A stretch of DNA of 64,000 nt, taken from contig JAEWIL010000047.1 in assembly GCA_023387085.1 (NCBI GenBank), positions 1,141 to 65,140 on the forward strand. Reading direction: 5' to 3'. Position 1 is the first letter of the stretch. Each line of letters begins with the position of its first letter. Positions 39,855 to 49,354 of the stretch are shown here, piece by piece. The notes under the pieces were generated by a model, which worked only from the letters and a program-made list of their open reading frames with translations, ran no database searches and had not been told where the DNA came from. This DNA comes from Pseudomonadota bacterium. Lineage in GTDB: Bacteria; Pseudomonadota; Alphaproteobacteria; Sphingomonadales; Sphingomonadaceae. Position numbers and translations under genes: made by a program.

Positions 39855-40223
39855 CTAGCGACTGCCGCCGACAGGCGCGTCGGCGCCCCGTTTCGGTCCG
39901 TGATCGCCGGCCGTTTGAGCCGAGCCACCCCCACCCTGGGGATCGGCGTCATAATCCTCGGGATTGCCCTTGCCGCCCGCACCCGCGCCGCTTCCGGTTA
40001 CGGGTCCGCTTCCCTTGCCCGCGCGGCGGCCGCGATTGGCGGCGGCATCGTCGAGGCCCGCGCGCTGATCCTCGGGATAATCCTCGGGCCGGACCATCCC
40101 GACACTGTCGCGGTCCTCGACCTTTTCGGGCTTGAGCGATCCCGGAGTCGGCGCAACCGGCTCGTTCAGAGCATCGGGCCGGGCGTCGCCCAGCGGTCCG
40201 CGCGGCATCGTATCACCGGGCAT
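39855..40223 (-). CDS. small Gly/Asp-rich hydrophilic hypothetical protein
   Basis: In line with neighbours; start overlaps the end of DUF4142; low-complexity composition. Confidence 0.55.
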   Translation of the reverse strand: MPGDTMPRGPLGDARPDALNEPVAPTPGSLKPEKVEDRDSVGMVRPEDYPEDQRAGLDDAAANRGRRAGKGSGPVTGSGAGAGGKGNPEDYDADPQGGGGSAQTAGDHGPKRGADAPVGGSR

Positions 40224-40797
40224 CGGTCGGCTCCGCGGCGGAAAGTTTTTGCAGTTCGGCGATATGTTTCTCGACGACGGGTACGATCTCGCCCGCTGCT
40301 TTCTTCAGGCTGTCGGTGTCGCCGTTGGCCGCATAAGCGCGGTGAAGCGCGAGCGCCGCATCGTGCGCAGCCTTCTGGTCGCGAAGATAGATGTCATCGA
40401 TTGTAGCGGCATCGGCATTCTTGATCTCGTCCAGCATCCTTTGCTGGTCGGCATCGAGCGCGGGCGGTTTCACCTCTATCGACGCGCTGCTGGCCGCCGA
40501 TTTGATCTTAGCGGTCGACTTGCCATGATTGTCGATCATCATCTGCGCAAAGGCTTTGACGTCGGCGCGCTTCGATTTGGCCAGCAGCGCCTTGGACGAT
40601 TCGATCTCCCACATATCGCCCGCGCCGGCTTTTGCGATATAGCCTGCCGCATCGGTCGGCGCTCCCGGCGTGGCCGGGGCCGGCGCTTCCATGGAGTCGG
40701 CGGCCTCGGTATCGGCCGCAACGGGTGTGCTCTCGTTTTTGGGCGAGTTGCAGGCGGCGAGCATGGCGGTAGTCGCCAGCAGAATGAATTTCTTCAA
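40213..40797 (-). CDS. DUF4142 family lipoprotein
   Basis: TTG start after GGAG; lipobox LAAC; EIESSKALL, VKAFAQMMIDNH, DQKAAH, VEKH. Confidence 0.85.
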   Translation of the reverse strand: MKKFILLATTAMLAACNSPKNESTPVAADTEAADSMEAPAPATPGAPTDAAGYIAKAGAGDMWEIESSKALLAKSKRADVKAFAQMMIDNHGKSTAKIKSAASSASIEVKPPALDADQQRMLDEIKNADAATIDDIYLRDQKAAHDAALALHRAYAANGDTDSLKKAAGEIVPVVEKHIAELQKLSAAEPTDAR

Positions 40798-40834
40798 CGA
40801 ACGTCTCCCAATGGCCCCGCCCGCTCGCTCAAGC

Positions 40835-40859
40835 AACGAGGCATGGCCGCCATGGTTCC
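40835..40859 (-). promoter_or_regulatory. sigma-EcfG promoter (GGAAC-N16-CGTT)
   Basis: Exact consensus upstream of the DUF4142-SRPBCC-ADH run. Confidence 0.8.
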
Positions 40860-40907
40860 AAGATAAAACAGCCAGCCGCCCCAAATGTCCGGCAACGGCA
40901 ACATAGA

Positions 40908-43148
40908 TCAGGATTTGGCTGCGGACTCCCACCGCAGGACGACGCGACCATTGGCCGGCACGAGGAAATCGATGCGGTCATCGGACTGCGCGACAGGCCG
41001 AAGCCTGTCCCCTCCGGGCAAGGTGACGGTGACACGGGGAAGCTTGCGATACTTGCGGCGGACGAAATTGAGCCGGGCCGTGCAAGTCTCTCCGCCATCA
41101 AGCGTCAGGCTGAGCGAAGCGTCCCCCGTCCGTTCGAATGCCCGCACGAAATGATCACAGAAGACAAGGAAGGGGGCTCCTTCCACAAGGTGAAAGGCGC
41201 GCGTTGCAAAAATCATCGCAGCGCCCGCGCCGTATATTTCCTGGCCGACCTGCCCGGCAGGCTGCCCGTCGGCGTACAGATCTTCCAGTGGAAAGGAGAG
41301 CCGCCGGTCGACATGGCCGTTGTTCTCGCGTTGCCGCTCTGCCACCGCTTCTGCGGGAAGCGCGTCGGGATAGTAATACCAGGCGCGATGGAGCGCATAT
41401 TTGCAATATTCGGCGACGAGCATACGCGCGGCCGGATCGAGATCGGGTCCGCTGTCGGACAGATAATGTTCGAAGGCGGTGAAGCTGTCGAAACATTCGT
41501 AGAGCGCCATGTAGGGCGCGTCCTGCAGCGCGGTTACGCCGAGAAAATTCGAGAAATGCCGGGCGTGCCCGATCCGGCTCTCCCAAATCTCGCTATTATG
41601 AAAGAAGCTCGCCAGATAGACGTAGCTTTGCTGAAGATAGACGTCACGCGCGGTAATCCGCCACAGCCGCATGCACGCGGCGGCACCCCAGGCGGTGAGA
41701 TTCGCCTGATAGTTGATCCCGAAACCAAGACCGACGGCTGCGTCGATCGCGGCGCAGGCCTCGTCCAGATAGGCCTTCTCGTCAGTAAGTTCAAAAGCCT
41801 GTAGCATCACCCACGCATAGATGCCGCCGACGTCAGTCTGCCCGCGGCCGTCCGCCCCGGCGCGCTCCTCGATCACCGAAAAATCGCCAGCCTTGTACTG
41901 GATCGGCCATTTATACTCGAAATGACGCGCGGCCCGGATGCCATAGCCCAGCGATTTCAAGAACAGCCGCCGCGCCGCCTTGTCGCCATCGACCGCAAGG
42001 CGGCCGAGATTGAGCAGCGGATGATAGAGATACCAGCTGTCGACGGCGTCGGCATCCTTGTCGTCGCCGACATTGGGAAGATAACGGCGGAGCATCCCGC
42101 GCTTTGCATCGAAGAACTTGCCCATCCCGGCGAAAAGCTCGGTCGCCAGCGGATGCGCCTCGGCTCTCCATTTTCCCCAGTCATGAACCGCCTGGACGAT
42201 CGACATCTGCACCATCGCGTCGGGATATTCGGCGGCGGTATAGGGATGCACATAGCGGTGGCCGTAATGGCGAATCGTTGCCTCGGGCGCCGTGTCGAGA
42301 TCGTGCAGCGTCTTCTCCGCGCGCCCGACCCAGTCGTGAAAATCCGTCTCCGGCAGATCGAGAAGGCGATAGGCGGCGCCCAGCATCTGCAGAAAATGCC
42401 GTGCGGTGTGGCGTTCGTCGCCGGGGATATCGGGTCGGCCGACCAGGATCGCATCGGACAGGATCACATCTTTTCCGGCGGCAAGCGGTTTGGCATCGGC
42501 TGCACGGTGCGTCGGAGCAGGTGGCAGCGCGAAGCCCAGTTCGGGCCAGACGCCGCCGACGCTTTCAACCGGATTGGTGCCGGTCGCATCGAAATAATCG
42601 CCGAGCGCGGTCAAATTCTGGAAATAGAGGAAATTGCCCAAGGCCGGCCGTTCGATCCGGAAATAGACGATGCCTGCATTGATGCCGCGCTGCACCGCTT
42701 CGACGCAACCACCGGCGCGAAGCGGATCGTCGCCGTCCCCCAGCACCACGAGATCGCGAGGCGTAAAGGAAGAAAGGGTCGCGGACGCGGGCTCGAGCGA
42801 GGTCGTAACCCGCAGAAAGGGCAGATCGTGCATACCGGCTTTCACGGTGACGCGCTGGATCCCGAGGGCGCTTTTCACGACCAGCCGCAGCGCTTCACCC
42901 GAAGACGCGCGGGGCATGCCAATCTCGGCGTCGCCCGGCCAGCGCGCGGCGCGAAGCGCGAGCCCGCCCGCGCGGCCCCCGCGCACAATCGCCCACAGCG
43001 ATTCATCTATGCGGTGGAAACCAATGCGGAAATCCCCCGCCTCAGTCGATGCAAGCGGCGCGCCCAGACTTCGCGTAAAATCGCGCGCGGCCGCCAGAAG
43101 ATAGGGACTGACCGGTACGTCAGACTTACGAGCGTCGGCGGCTCTCAT
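40908..43148 (-). CDS. large hypothetical protein (~746 aa), possibly (alpha/alpha)6-barrel glycosidase-like
   Basis: Long ORF with GGAG before ATG 43148; aromatic-rich helical C-terminal half; no family recognised. Confidence 0.7.
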   Translation of the reverse strand: MRAADARKSDVPVSPYLLAAARDFTRSLGAPLASTEAGDFRIGFHRIDESLWAIVRGGRAGGLALRAARWPGDAEIGMPRASSGEALRLVVKSALGIQRVTVKAGMHDLPFLRVTTSLEPASATLSSFTPRDLVVLGDGDDPLRAGGCVEAVQRGINAGIVYFRIERPALGNFLYFQNLTALGDYFDATGTNPVESVGGVWPELGFALPPAPTHRAADAKPLAAGKDVILSDAILVGRPDIPGDERHTARHFLQMLGAAYRLLDLPETDFHDWVGRAEKTLHDLDTAPEATIRHYGHRYVHPYTAAEYPDAMVQMSIVQAVHDWGKWRAEAHPLATELFAGMGKFFDAKRGMLRRYLPNVGDDKDADAVDSWYLYHPLLNLGRLAVDGDKAARRLFLKSLGYGIRAARHFEYKWPIQYKAGDFSVIEERAGADGRGQTDVGGIYAWVMLQAFELTDEKAYLDEACAAIDAAVGLGFGINYQANLTAWGAAACMRLWRITARDVYLQQSYVYLASFFHNSEIWESRIGHARHFSNFLGVTALQDAPYMALYECFDSFTAFEHYLSDSGPDLDPAARMLVAEYCKYALHRAWYYYPDALPAEAVAERQRENNGHVDRRLSFPLEDLYADGQPAGQVGQEIYGAGAAMIFATRAFHLVEGAPFLVFCDHFVRAFERTGDASLSLTLDGGETCTARLNFVRRKYRKLPRVTVTLPGGDRLRPVAQSDDRIDFLVPANGRVVLRWESAAKS

Positions 43149-43390
43149 CGATGCTCTCCAAGATGGACGCGGACGGCGCCGATAGAACCCCATGGCAGGC
43201 ATTCGGCTGTGTGCATGCCATCGATTTCGGTCTCAAAGGTGGCCCCTTGCGGATCCACGGCAAGCAGCCGACCTCGCCGCCATGATGCGTCGGCCTCCGC
43301 CTTGTTCAGATAGGAGACGGGCGGCGGGTTCGCACGATCCGCTAATAAAAGGCGTCCCAGGTATTGCAGCATCGACTCTCAACCAACCGC

Positions 43391-43966
43391 TTAGGCAGCA
43401 GCAAAGCCGGCCTTGTTCATCACGCTTGTGATATGGGCGTTGCCCTCTGGACCAAGCGCCTTGCGAAGCCTCGGGAAAAGCTCGTCCTCTTCCATCCTTA
43501 TGTGCTTTTCCAGTTCGCTCCGGAATTTGCGTACTTCGACGATCCACTCCGGATTCGCCGGATCGAGTTCGGACAGATCGAAAAGATACTGTTTTACGTA
43601 ACCATGATCGTGAACCAGTTCATCGGCCTCTTCGACGTGGCCATGGGCGCGCATGGCCGGATAGACGACATTCTCCTCCTCGAAAGCGTGCTTCGAAAGC
43701 GCGTGCTTCAACTGGATCAGATACATATTGCGTCGTGTCGCATTATTTTCGTCCGTCGCCTCGATCGCGTCGAAAATCTTGAGCGTGGCGCGATGCTCCG
43801 CTTTCAATCCCTCGTCCCACTCCCCTTGCGCCGCTGTCACGCCCTGAACGATCGCCTTTCTGCCGAAATTGGCGGCAAGACCGACGACTAGGCCGACGGC
43901 GGCGGCACCCATGAGCACCGCCGGATGCCTAGCGAGCCCCTTCGAAGATAAAGTCATAGTAGTCAT
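43391..43966 (-). CDS. hemerythrin/HHE-domain protein with N-terminal hydrophobic segment
   Basis: EH, HAFEEENVVYP, DH, HIRMEEDELFP. Confidence 0.85.
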   Translation of the reverse strand: MTTMTLSSKGLARHPAVLMGAAAVGLVVGLAANFGRKAIVQGVTAAQGEWDEGLKAEHRATLKIFDAIEATDENNATRRNMYLIQLKHALSKHAFEEENVVYPAMRAHGHVEEADELVHDHGYVKQYLFDLSELDPANPEWIVEVRKFRSELEKHIRMEEDELFPRLRKALGPEGNAHITSVMNKAGFAAA

Positions 43967-43987
43967 CGGATTATCCTTTGTTTTGGG

Positions 43988-44743
43988 TCAGGGATGTTCG
44001 AGGCGCGTCTCGACGCGCATTAGCGAAACCGCGGTGCGGCGCGGCTGGGTGAGCATGAAATGCGTTGCTGCCGCGATATCTTCGGCGCGCAGCATCTTGT
44101 CGGCGTTGATGAGTTCGCGCTGCTTTTCGGGCGGAAATTCGGGATATTGAAAATCCGCGCCGGTGAAGCCGGGCTCGATCAGCCCGACCTTGATATCCTC
44201 TTCGGCCAGTTCCTTGCGGAAGGCGGGCACGAAGCCCTGGATGCCCGACTTCGCCGCGACATAGATCGAACTCCCGGGTCGCTTCGACACCGCCGACATC
44301 GACCCGATGAAGATGATGTCGCTCCCCGCCTTCATCCGCCGCGCTGCCTCTTGTGCGCATATCAGATAGGCGGTGAGGTCGGTATCCAGCTGGTAACGCG
44401 TCTCGCTTTCGCCGCTCTCGGCAAGCGCCGACGCCGGGATAGCGGCATTGATGACCGCGATATCGATCTCGCCCAGCCATGCTTCGGCGGCTTCGAAGAA
44501 GCGGTCGACGTCCTCGGCGACAGACAGATCGACATTGATGCCCTCGCCGTCGCCAACCTCGTCGATGCGTTTCAACGCGTCGGCGAGATGCTCGGGCGTA
44601 CGGCCGCAAATGAACACGCGGACACCATAGCTTGCAAGAAGCACGGAGATCGCACGTCCGATTCCCGTGGTACCGCCGGTGATAACGGCCCGGCGGCCAT
44701 CGAGACCGGGTTGCTCGGTGTGGGCGTCCTGTTCGTCGGTCAT
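43988..44743 (-). CDS. SDR family oxidoreductase
   Basis: TGGTTGIG, NAA, YVAAK. Confidence 0.9.
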   Translation of the reverse strand: MTDEQDAHTEQPGLDGRRAVITGGTTGIGRAISVLLASYGVRVFICGRTPEHLADALKRIDEVGDGEGINVDLSVAEDVDRFFEAAEAWLGEIDIAVINAAIPASALAESGESETRYQLDTDLTAYLICAQEAARRMKAGSDIIFIGSMSAVSKRPGSSIYVAAKSGIQGFVPAFRKELAEEDIKVGLIEPGFTGADFQYPEFPPEKQRELINADKMLRAEDIAAATHFMLTQPRRTAVSLMRVETRLEHP

Positions 44744-44792
44744 ATCGGGCTCCGTTTTCGCGCGTTGCGCGGGGCCCCACCCTCGAGGAAGC

Positions 44793-44817
44793 GACGAGCG
44801 AGACCCGACGAAGTTCC
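44793..44817 (-). promoter_or_regulatory. sigma-EcfG-like promoter (GGAAC-N16-CGTC)
   Basis: One mismatch; upstream of SDR-hemerythrin. Confidence 0.55.
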
Positions 44818-44915
44818 CGGCGAGCCCGAACTTTGCCCGGATTTTTCATGCCGCGGCTGATACAGGTTACGAATTCGTGGGGTGGCGCGACCGACCGGCG
44901 GCCCGCATCGCGTGG

Positions 44916-45176
44916 TCAAACGGTCGCGGCGGGCGGATCGACGGGTTGCTTTTCCATTGCGCCGGGCAAATCGAACGTGGGAAGAAGCTTCCACATATGG
45001 GCGCCCGATTTGGTCATGCGCGCCAAAAGCGTTGACCCCTCCCACAACTCGACGTGCACCCCGACGGCTTCATTCCGCGCTATCTGAAAGGCGTGATCCG
45101 GCCCTTCGGCATGAAAATCGAGCCGACGCGGCTCGGTATCGCTACTATCCCGCATGATCATATGGAACGGGCGCAT
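44916..45176 (-). CDS. small hypothetical protein (resembles 31377-31625)
   Basis: GAGGAG before ATG; F.A...A..IA...ELW.G..L.R pattern. Confidence 0.6.
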   Translation of the reverse strand: MRPFHMIMRDSSDTEPRRLDFHAEGPDHAFQIARNEAVGVHVELWEGSTLLARMTKSGAHMWKLLPTFDLPGAMEKQPVDPPAATV

Positions 45177-45426
45177 GGCGCATCTCCTCGCTGTCGGGAG
45201 CAGGCGCTACCAAGCTCTCGGCATGTCATCGATCGGCTGGCCGTAACAACGGGGACTGCGGGTAATGCCGGAACCACGAAAAGCCGATCAGGGTGGGCCG
45301 CAGTCGTCCGCCGCAGAATAGGCCGGTTTCCGGTAAACTCCCTGATCTGCATCAGGAATCGCGAAAAAGGAATGTGGTCGGAGCCCAACCGGTTGCGGGG
45401 ACGCGATTATTTCTACCGAAAGGGCT

Positions 45427-46164
45427 TCAGCCAGCCCGCGTCAGGGAGAGCTGGTCGACAAACGCGTCCGTCACCCGCACCGGGTCGCGGCCGATCTGCC
45501 CGGCGAGCATCGATGGATCGTAAAGCCGCACGCGTCCACCAGTTGCTTCGAGCAATCCGGCGCGCCGCGCATCCTGAAGCATCCGGTTGACATGGACTGC
45601 GGTCAGTCCAAGCGCATCCCCGAGCATCTCCTGCGTCAACGGCATGTCGAAGCCCGTTTGGGTCACCAGACCTGCGCGCGACAGGCGTTCATGAAGTTCG
45701 AGAAACAGGCTGTAAATCCGCTCCATGGCGCTCATGCGTCCGAGCCTGACGATCTGCTCCAGCAGATAAGCCTCGTCGAGTGCCGCGCTCATCGCATATA
45801 TCGCGTCCAGCGCGGCGGTGTCAGGTGCGGGACAGATTTCGACGTCGGTCAACGTTGTGACCGTGGAGACGGCAAGTGGCGCCGGCTGGCGACAATAACC
45901 GATCAGATCGCCCGGCAGGAGGAAACTCAGGAACTGCCTCCGCCCGTCGGCGAAAATGCGAACCCGGGCCGCCCAGCCCCTGACAAGCAGCTGCGCCCCG
46001 GCAATCGGTTTGCCTTCACCGAGTATATCGCGCCGCCGTCTGATCTTCTGGGCTTTTGCGAGCGCCGCATCGATCGCCTCGAACGACCAGGTATCGAGCG
46101 GTGCAAGCGAAGCGAGACGGCGGAGCGCCGGCGGCGCGCCTGTCAGGGATTGCCTGTCCGTCAT
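45427..46164 (-). CDS. Crp/Fnr family transcriptional regulator
   Basis: DGRRQFLSFLLPGDLIG, MPLTQEMLGDALGLTAVHVNRML; start ATG 46164. Confidence 0.9.
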   Translation of the reverse strand: MTDRQSLTGAPPALRRLASLAPLDTWSFEAIDAALAKAQKIRRRRDILGEGKPIAGAQLLVRGWAARVRIFADGRRQFLSFLLPGDLIGYCRQPAPLAVSTVTTLTDVEICPAPDTAALDAIYAMSAALDEAYLLEQIVRLGRMSAMERIYSLFLELHERLSRAGLVTQTGFDMPLTQEMLGDALGLTAVHVNRMLQDARRAGLLEATGGRVRLYDPSMLAGQIGRDPVRVTDAFVDQLSLTRAG

Positions 46165-46536
46165 GCGACGTTGCCACGCCCGAAAAGCGGGCCCCGCACG
46201 CCGGGCGCAAGCGCCTCGACCGGACGGGTCCCGAACCACAACGCACGGCGGCGGGCGCCGGTCGTGCGATTGAACCCAACGCGCCCGGCCCCCTTGAAAC
46301 TCATTCCGGCGCCGAGTTCGTCAGCCGCCGCCCCTTCGCGATATCTCATTCCCAAACCTTGATGGATCGGGCGAACCGCGACGGCGGACACCCCCTGTTC
46401 AGGTCATCTAGGATGAAGCCGCGGACCGTCTCCATAAACCATGTTAGCGTAGCGGGCGCGTTCGGCAGGCCGGTCGCCTCCGGCAAAATGCGGTGACGTC
46501 GAGGCGACGAAGAGCCTGCGCCCCGGAGTCCCAGAC

Positions 46537-46561
46537 GCAACCCGCGCGCGATTATCGCGTT
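46537..46561 (+). promoter_or_regulatory. sigma-EcfG-like promoter (GCAAC-N16-CGTT)
   Basis: Ends 8 nt before the phosphatase ATG. Confidence 0.6.
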
Positions 46562-46569
46562 AGCCGATC

Positions 46570-47331
46570 ATGACACCGCGCTGGCCCTCGACACTCTGGA
46601 TCGTCCGCCACGGACAAAGTGCCGGCAACGTCGCGCGAGACGCTGCCGATGCCGCCGGCGCTCACCGCATTCTGCTCGACCACCGCGACGTCGACGTCCC
46701 GCTATCTGACCTCGGCAAGGTGCAGGCGCGGGCGCTCGGCGAGTGGTTTGCCGAGGGCAAGGAGGACGGACGTCCCGAAATCATGCTCGCCTCGCCCTAT
46801 ATTCGCGCGGTTCAGACCGCCGAAATTTTTCGCGCCGCGGGAGGCTGCGACGCCGACGAAAAAATCTGTATCGACGAGCGACTGCGCGAGAAGGAGTTCG
46901 GAATCCTCGATGGCCTCACCCGTTTCGGGATCGAAGCCTCGCATCCCGAGCAAGCCGATTTCCGCAAACTGCTCGGGAAATTCTATCATCGGCCGCCCGG
47001 CGGCGAAAGCTGGTGCGACGTCATCCTTCGTCTCCGGTCGCTGCTCGACACCGTCTCGCTCCATTATGGCGGACGGCGAGTCATGATTGTCGCACACCAG
47101 GTGGTCGTGCTCTGCCTTCGCACGATCATCGAGAATCTGGGAGAGGCGGAGATTTTGGCGATCGACCGCGAGGGCGACGTCGCCAATTGCGCGATAACCG
47201 AATATCGATTCGATCCGGACGCCGGCCGCGACGGCAACCTCGTCCTATCGCGCTACAACGTCACCGCGCCGATGAAGGACGATGTGCCGGTCACCCGGGA
47301 ACCCGATGCGATGGTGGCCGCGCGTGGCTGA
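46570..47331 (+). CDS. histidine phosphatase (phosphoglycerate mutase-like) family protein
   Basis: VRHGQS, SPYIRAVQTA, LREKEFG, PPGGES, VAH. Confidence 0.92.
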   Translation: MTPRWPSTLWIVRHGQSAGNVARDAADAAGAHRILLDHRDVDVPLSDLGKVQARALGEWFAEGKEDGRPEIMLASPYIRAVQTAEIFRAAGGCDADEKICIDERLREKEFGILDGLTRFGIEASHPEQADFRKLLGKFYHRPPGGESWCDVILRLRSLLDTVSLHYGGRRVMIVAHQVVVLCLRTIIENLGEAEILAIDREGDVANCAITEYRFDPDAGRDGNLVLSRYNVTAPMKDDVPVTREPDAMVAARG

Positions 47332-48205
47332 CCCGATTCCGCTCGACACCGCGTGGTTGAAAGCGAACCCGCTCCCCGATCATCACGATAATGTCGACAA
47401 GAACGGCCGCGGCCGCGTGCTGCTGATCGGCGGGTGTCGCCGCGTTCCGGGCGGCATGCTGCTGACCGCCGAGGCCGCCTTCCGCGCCGGCGCAGGCAAA
47501 GTGACGATCGCGACGATCGCATCGGCCGCGATTCCGGTGGGCATCGCTTTTCCAGCCTGCGCCGTCGTCGCGCTTCCCGAGACGGAAGGCGGCGAGATCG
47601 CGGCCGAGAGCGCGGAAACGATCCTCGCCGAAATCGCCGATCATGACGCGATCGTGTTCGGCCCCGCGATGATCGACGAAAAAATCGTCGGACAATTACT
47701 CGCCGCCCTGTTGCCGAAATTGCCCGAAGACATTTTCCTGTTGCTCGATGCTTTCGCGCTTCGCGCCGCAGCCGATCATGTCGGCGCGATCCGCGCGCGC
47801 CGCGAGCATGTCGTGCTCACGCCGCATGAGGGCGAACTCGCCGCCCTTCTTGGCATCGACCGCCAAGAGGTATCGGACGATCCGTCGGCGGCGCTCGCGC
47901 GCGCAGCAGAGCGTTTCGGATGCGCTGTCATGGTCAAGGGCGCGACCAGCCATCTGATGCAGGGCGACGCCTGCCTGAGCTACGCGGGCGGCGGGGTCGG
48001 TCTCGCGGTCAGCGGGTCGGGCGATATCCTTGCCGGGCTGATCGCATCGCTCGGCGCGCAAGGCCTGCCTCCGCTCCAGGCAGCCGCGTGGGGTATCTGG
48101 CTCCACGGCGAGGCGGGCCGCCGCCTGTCCGAGACGATCGGACCGATCGGATATATGGCGCGCGAGCTGTCACCGCTCGTCCCGGGTCTCATGCGCGGCG
48201 TCTAG
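47324..48205 (+). CDS. nnrD: stand-alone ADP-dependent NAD(P)H-hydrate dehydratase (NnrD/YjeF-C)
   Basis: K..RGRVLLIGG, RAGAGKV, LTPHEGE, VKG, GSGDILAG; GTG start overlapping upstream gene. Confidence 0.85.
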   Translation: MADPIPLDTAWLKANPLPDHHDNVDKNGRGRVLLIGGCRRVPGGMLLTAEAAFRAGAGKVTIATIASAAIPVGIAFPACAVVALPETEGGEIAAESAETILAEIADHDAIVFGPAMIDEKIVGQLLAALLPKLPEDIFLLLDAFALRAAADHVGAIRARREHVVLTPHEGELAALLGIDRQEVSDDPSAALARAAERFGCAVMVKGATSHLMQGDACLSYAGGGVGLAVSGSGDILAGLIASLGAQGLPPLQAAAWGIWLHGEAGRRLSETIGPIGYMARELSPLVPGLMRGV

Positions 48206-48443
48206 CGCCGGGACCGAAGCGTCGCTGGTCGGGATCGCGCTCGAAGCGGAAGCGCCCCTTGATATGCTTGTTGAAAAATTGCCCGGGGGAAGTCGCCGTA
48301 CAGAGGGCCTCGAACACCGTCCGCGGAACATCGAAATAGAAGTAGCAGCCGGTATCGATGAAGCGGAGGCACAGGATCTGCGCTTCGTCGTCGAACCCCG
48401 CGCGGTCGATCAGTGTCGATGAGTCGAAACGGCAGACCTGCAT
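48189..48443 (-). CDS. KTSC domain protein
   Basis: SS.I...GFD....L.LRF...Y.Y.DVP..VFEAL..A.SPGQFFNKHIKGRF. Confidence 0.8.
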   Translation of the reverse strand: MQVCRFDSSTLIDRAGFDDEAQILCLRFIDTGCYFYFDVPRTVFEALCTATSPGQFFNKHIKGRFRFERDPDQRRFGPGARRRA

Positions 48444-48452
48444 GTTTGACTA

Positions 48453-48477
48453 AGCGCCGCGAACGCGAGGAAGTTCC
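48453..48477 (-). promoter_or_regulatory. sigma-EcfG-like promoter (GGAAC-N16-CGCT)
   Basis: One mismatch; ends 9 nt before the KTSC ATG. Confidence 0.5.
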
Positions 48478-48480
48478 GGT

Positions 48481-49203
48481 TCATTGCCCCGACAGCCGCC
48501 CGCCGAGCGCCAGCGCATCGCCAAGCGCGGCAGAAGATGCCGTATTGTCGAAGATGCACAATGCCTCTTTCTGCCGTCCCGCGACAATTCGGTCGGCATA
48601 TCGATCAAGCGCTCTCGGACCATAGGCAGAGCGGTACATATCGGGCGATCCGTGAAGGCGCCAATAGGCGAAGGCGCGCCATCCACCCGGTTGGGCGCCG
48701 GCCGGGACCGGCGCCGGGTCGGCCGCCACGCGCGCGACGCGACAGCGCGCAAGCAGATCGTCGGCCGCCGGCTCGAACCAGCTACGATGCCGGGGCTCGC
48801 AGGCGATCCGGGCCGAAGTTGCCGTGCCGAGGGTCCGGAAAAAAGATTCTGCCGCGACCGCGTCATGGACAAGTGTCGGAGGCAGCTGCACGAGAAAAAC
48901 CGCCAGCTTTTCGCCAAGCCCGGCCGTCTCTTCGATCAGCGCGGCAACCAACCCGTCGCAATCCTCAAGCCGGCGCTCGTGGGTGATCGAGCGCGGGATC
49001 TTGACCGAAAAGCGGAAGTCCGCCGGGACAAGTTCGCCCCACCGCGTCCAGGTCGACGCACGGTGCGAGCGGTAGAAGGAGGAATTAATCTCTACGCAGG
49101 ACAGCCGGTGCGCGTATCGCGCCAGCCCCATGCCTTCCGGCGGGAATTCTCCCGCATAGCGCGATGCGATGCTCCAGCCTGCCGTGCCAATCCTGATGGT
49201 CAT
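48481..49203 (-). CDS. DUF72 family protein
   Basis: IRIGTAGW, VEINSSFYR, FRFSVK, LVQLPP, EPRH.SW, YWRLHG; start ATG 49203. Confidence 0.9.
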   Translation of the reverse strand: MTIRIGTAGWSIASRYAGEFPPEGMGLARYAHRLSCVEINSSFYRSHRASTWTRWGELVPADFRFSVKIPRSITHERRLEDCDGLVAALIEETAGLGEKLAVFLVQLPPTLVHDAVAAESFFRTLGTATSARIACEPRHRSWFEPAADDLLARCRVARVAADPAPVPAGAQPGGWRAFAYWRLHGSPDMYRSAYGPRALDRYADRIVAGRQKEALCIFDNTASSAALGDALALGGRLSGQ

Positions 49204-49299
49204 CCCTGCCCAACGCGCGAGGCGCTCTGTGCGATGCGAAGCAAAGCTTGATCCATGTTGGTCGTTTCGTCCGAAAAGCCTGCCATAGACCTGCGTCGT

Positions 49300-49325
49300 G
49301 GAACCCGATCGCATCAGTCTACGTT
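49300..49325 (+). promoter_or_regulatory. sigma-EcfG promoter (GGAAC-N17-CGTT)
   Basis: Exact consensus upstream of the hybrid kinase. Confidence 0.8.
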
Positions 49326-49354
49326 CTCTTTGCGACGTAAACCGGAGGGGCTGA

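Noticed and set aside
45177..45426. GGAAC-containing sequence near 45270 as an EcfG promoter and short ORFs here
   Set aside because: Poor -10 match and it points away from any credible gene
46165..46536. Short ORFs between Crp/Fnr and the phosphatase
   Set aside because: No RBS, motif or family support
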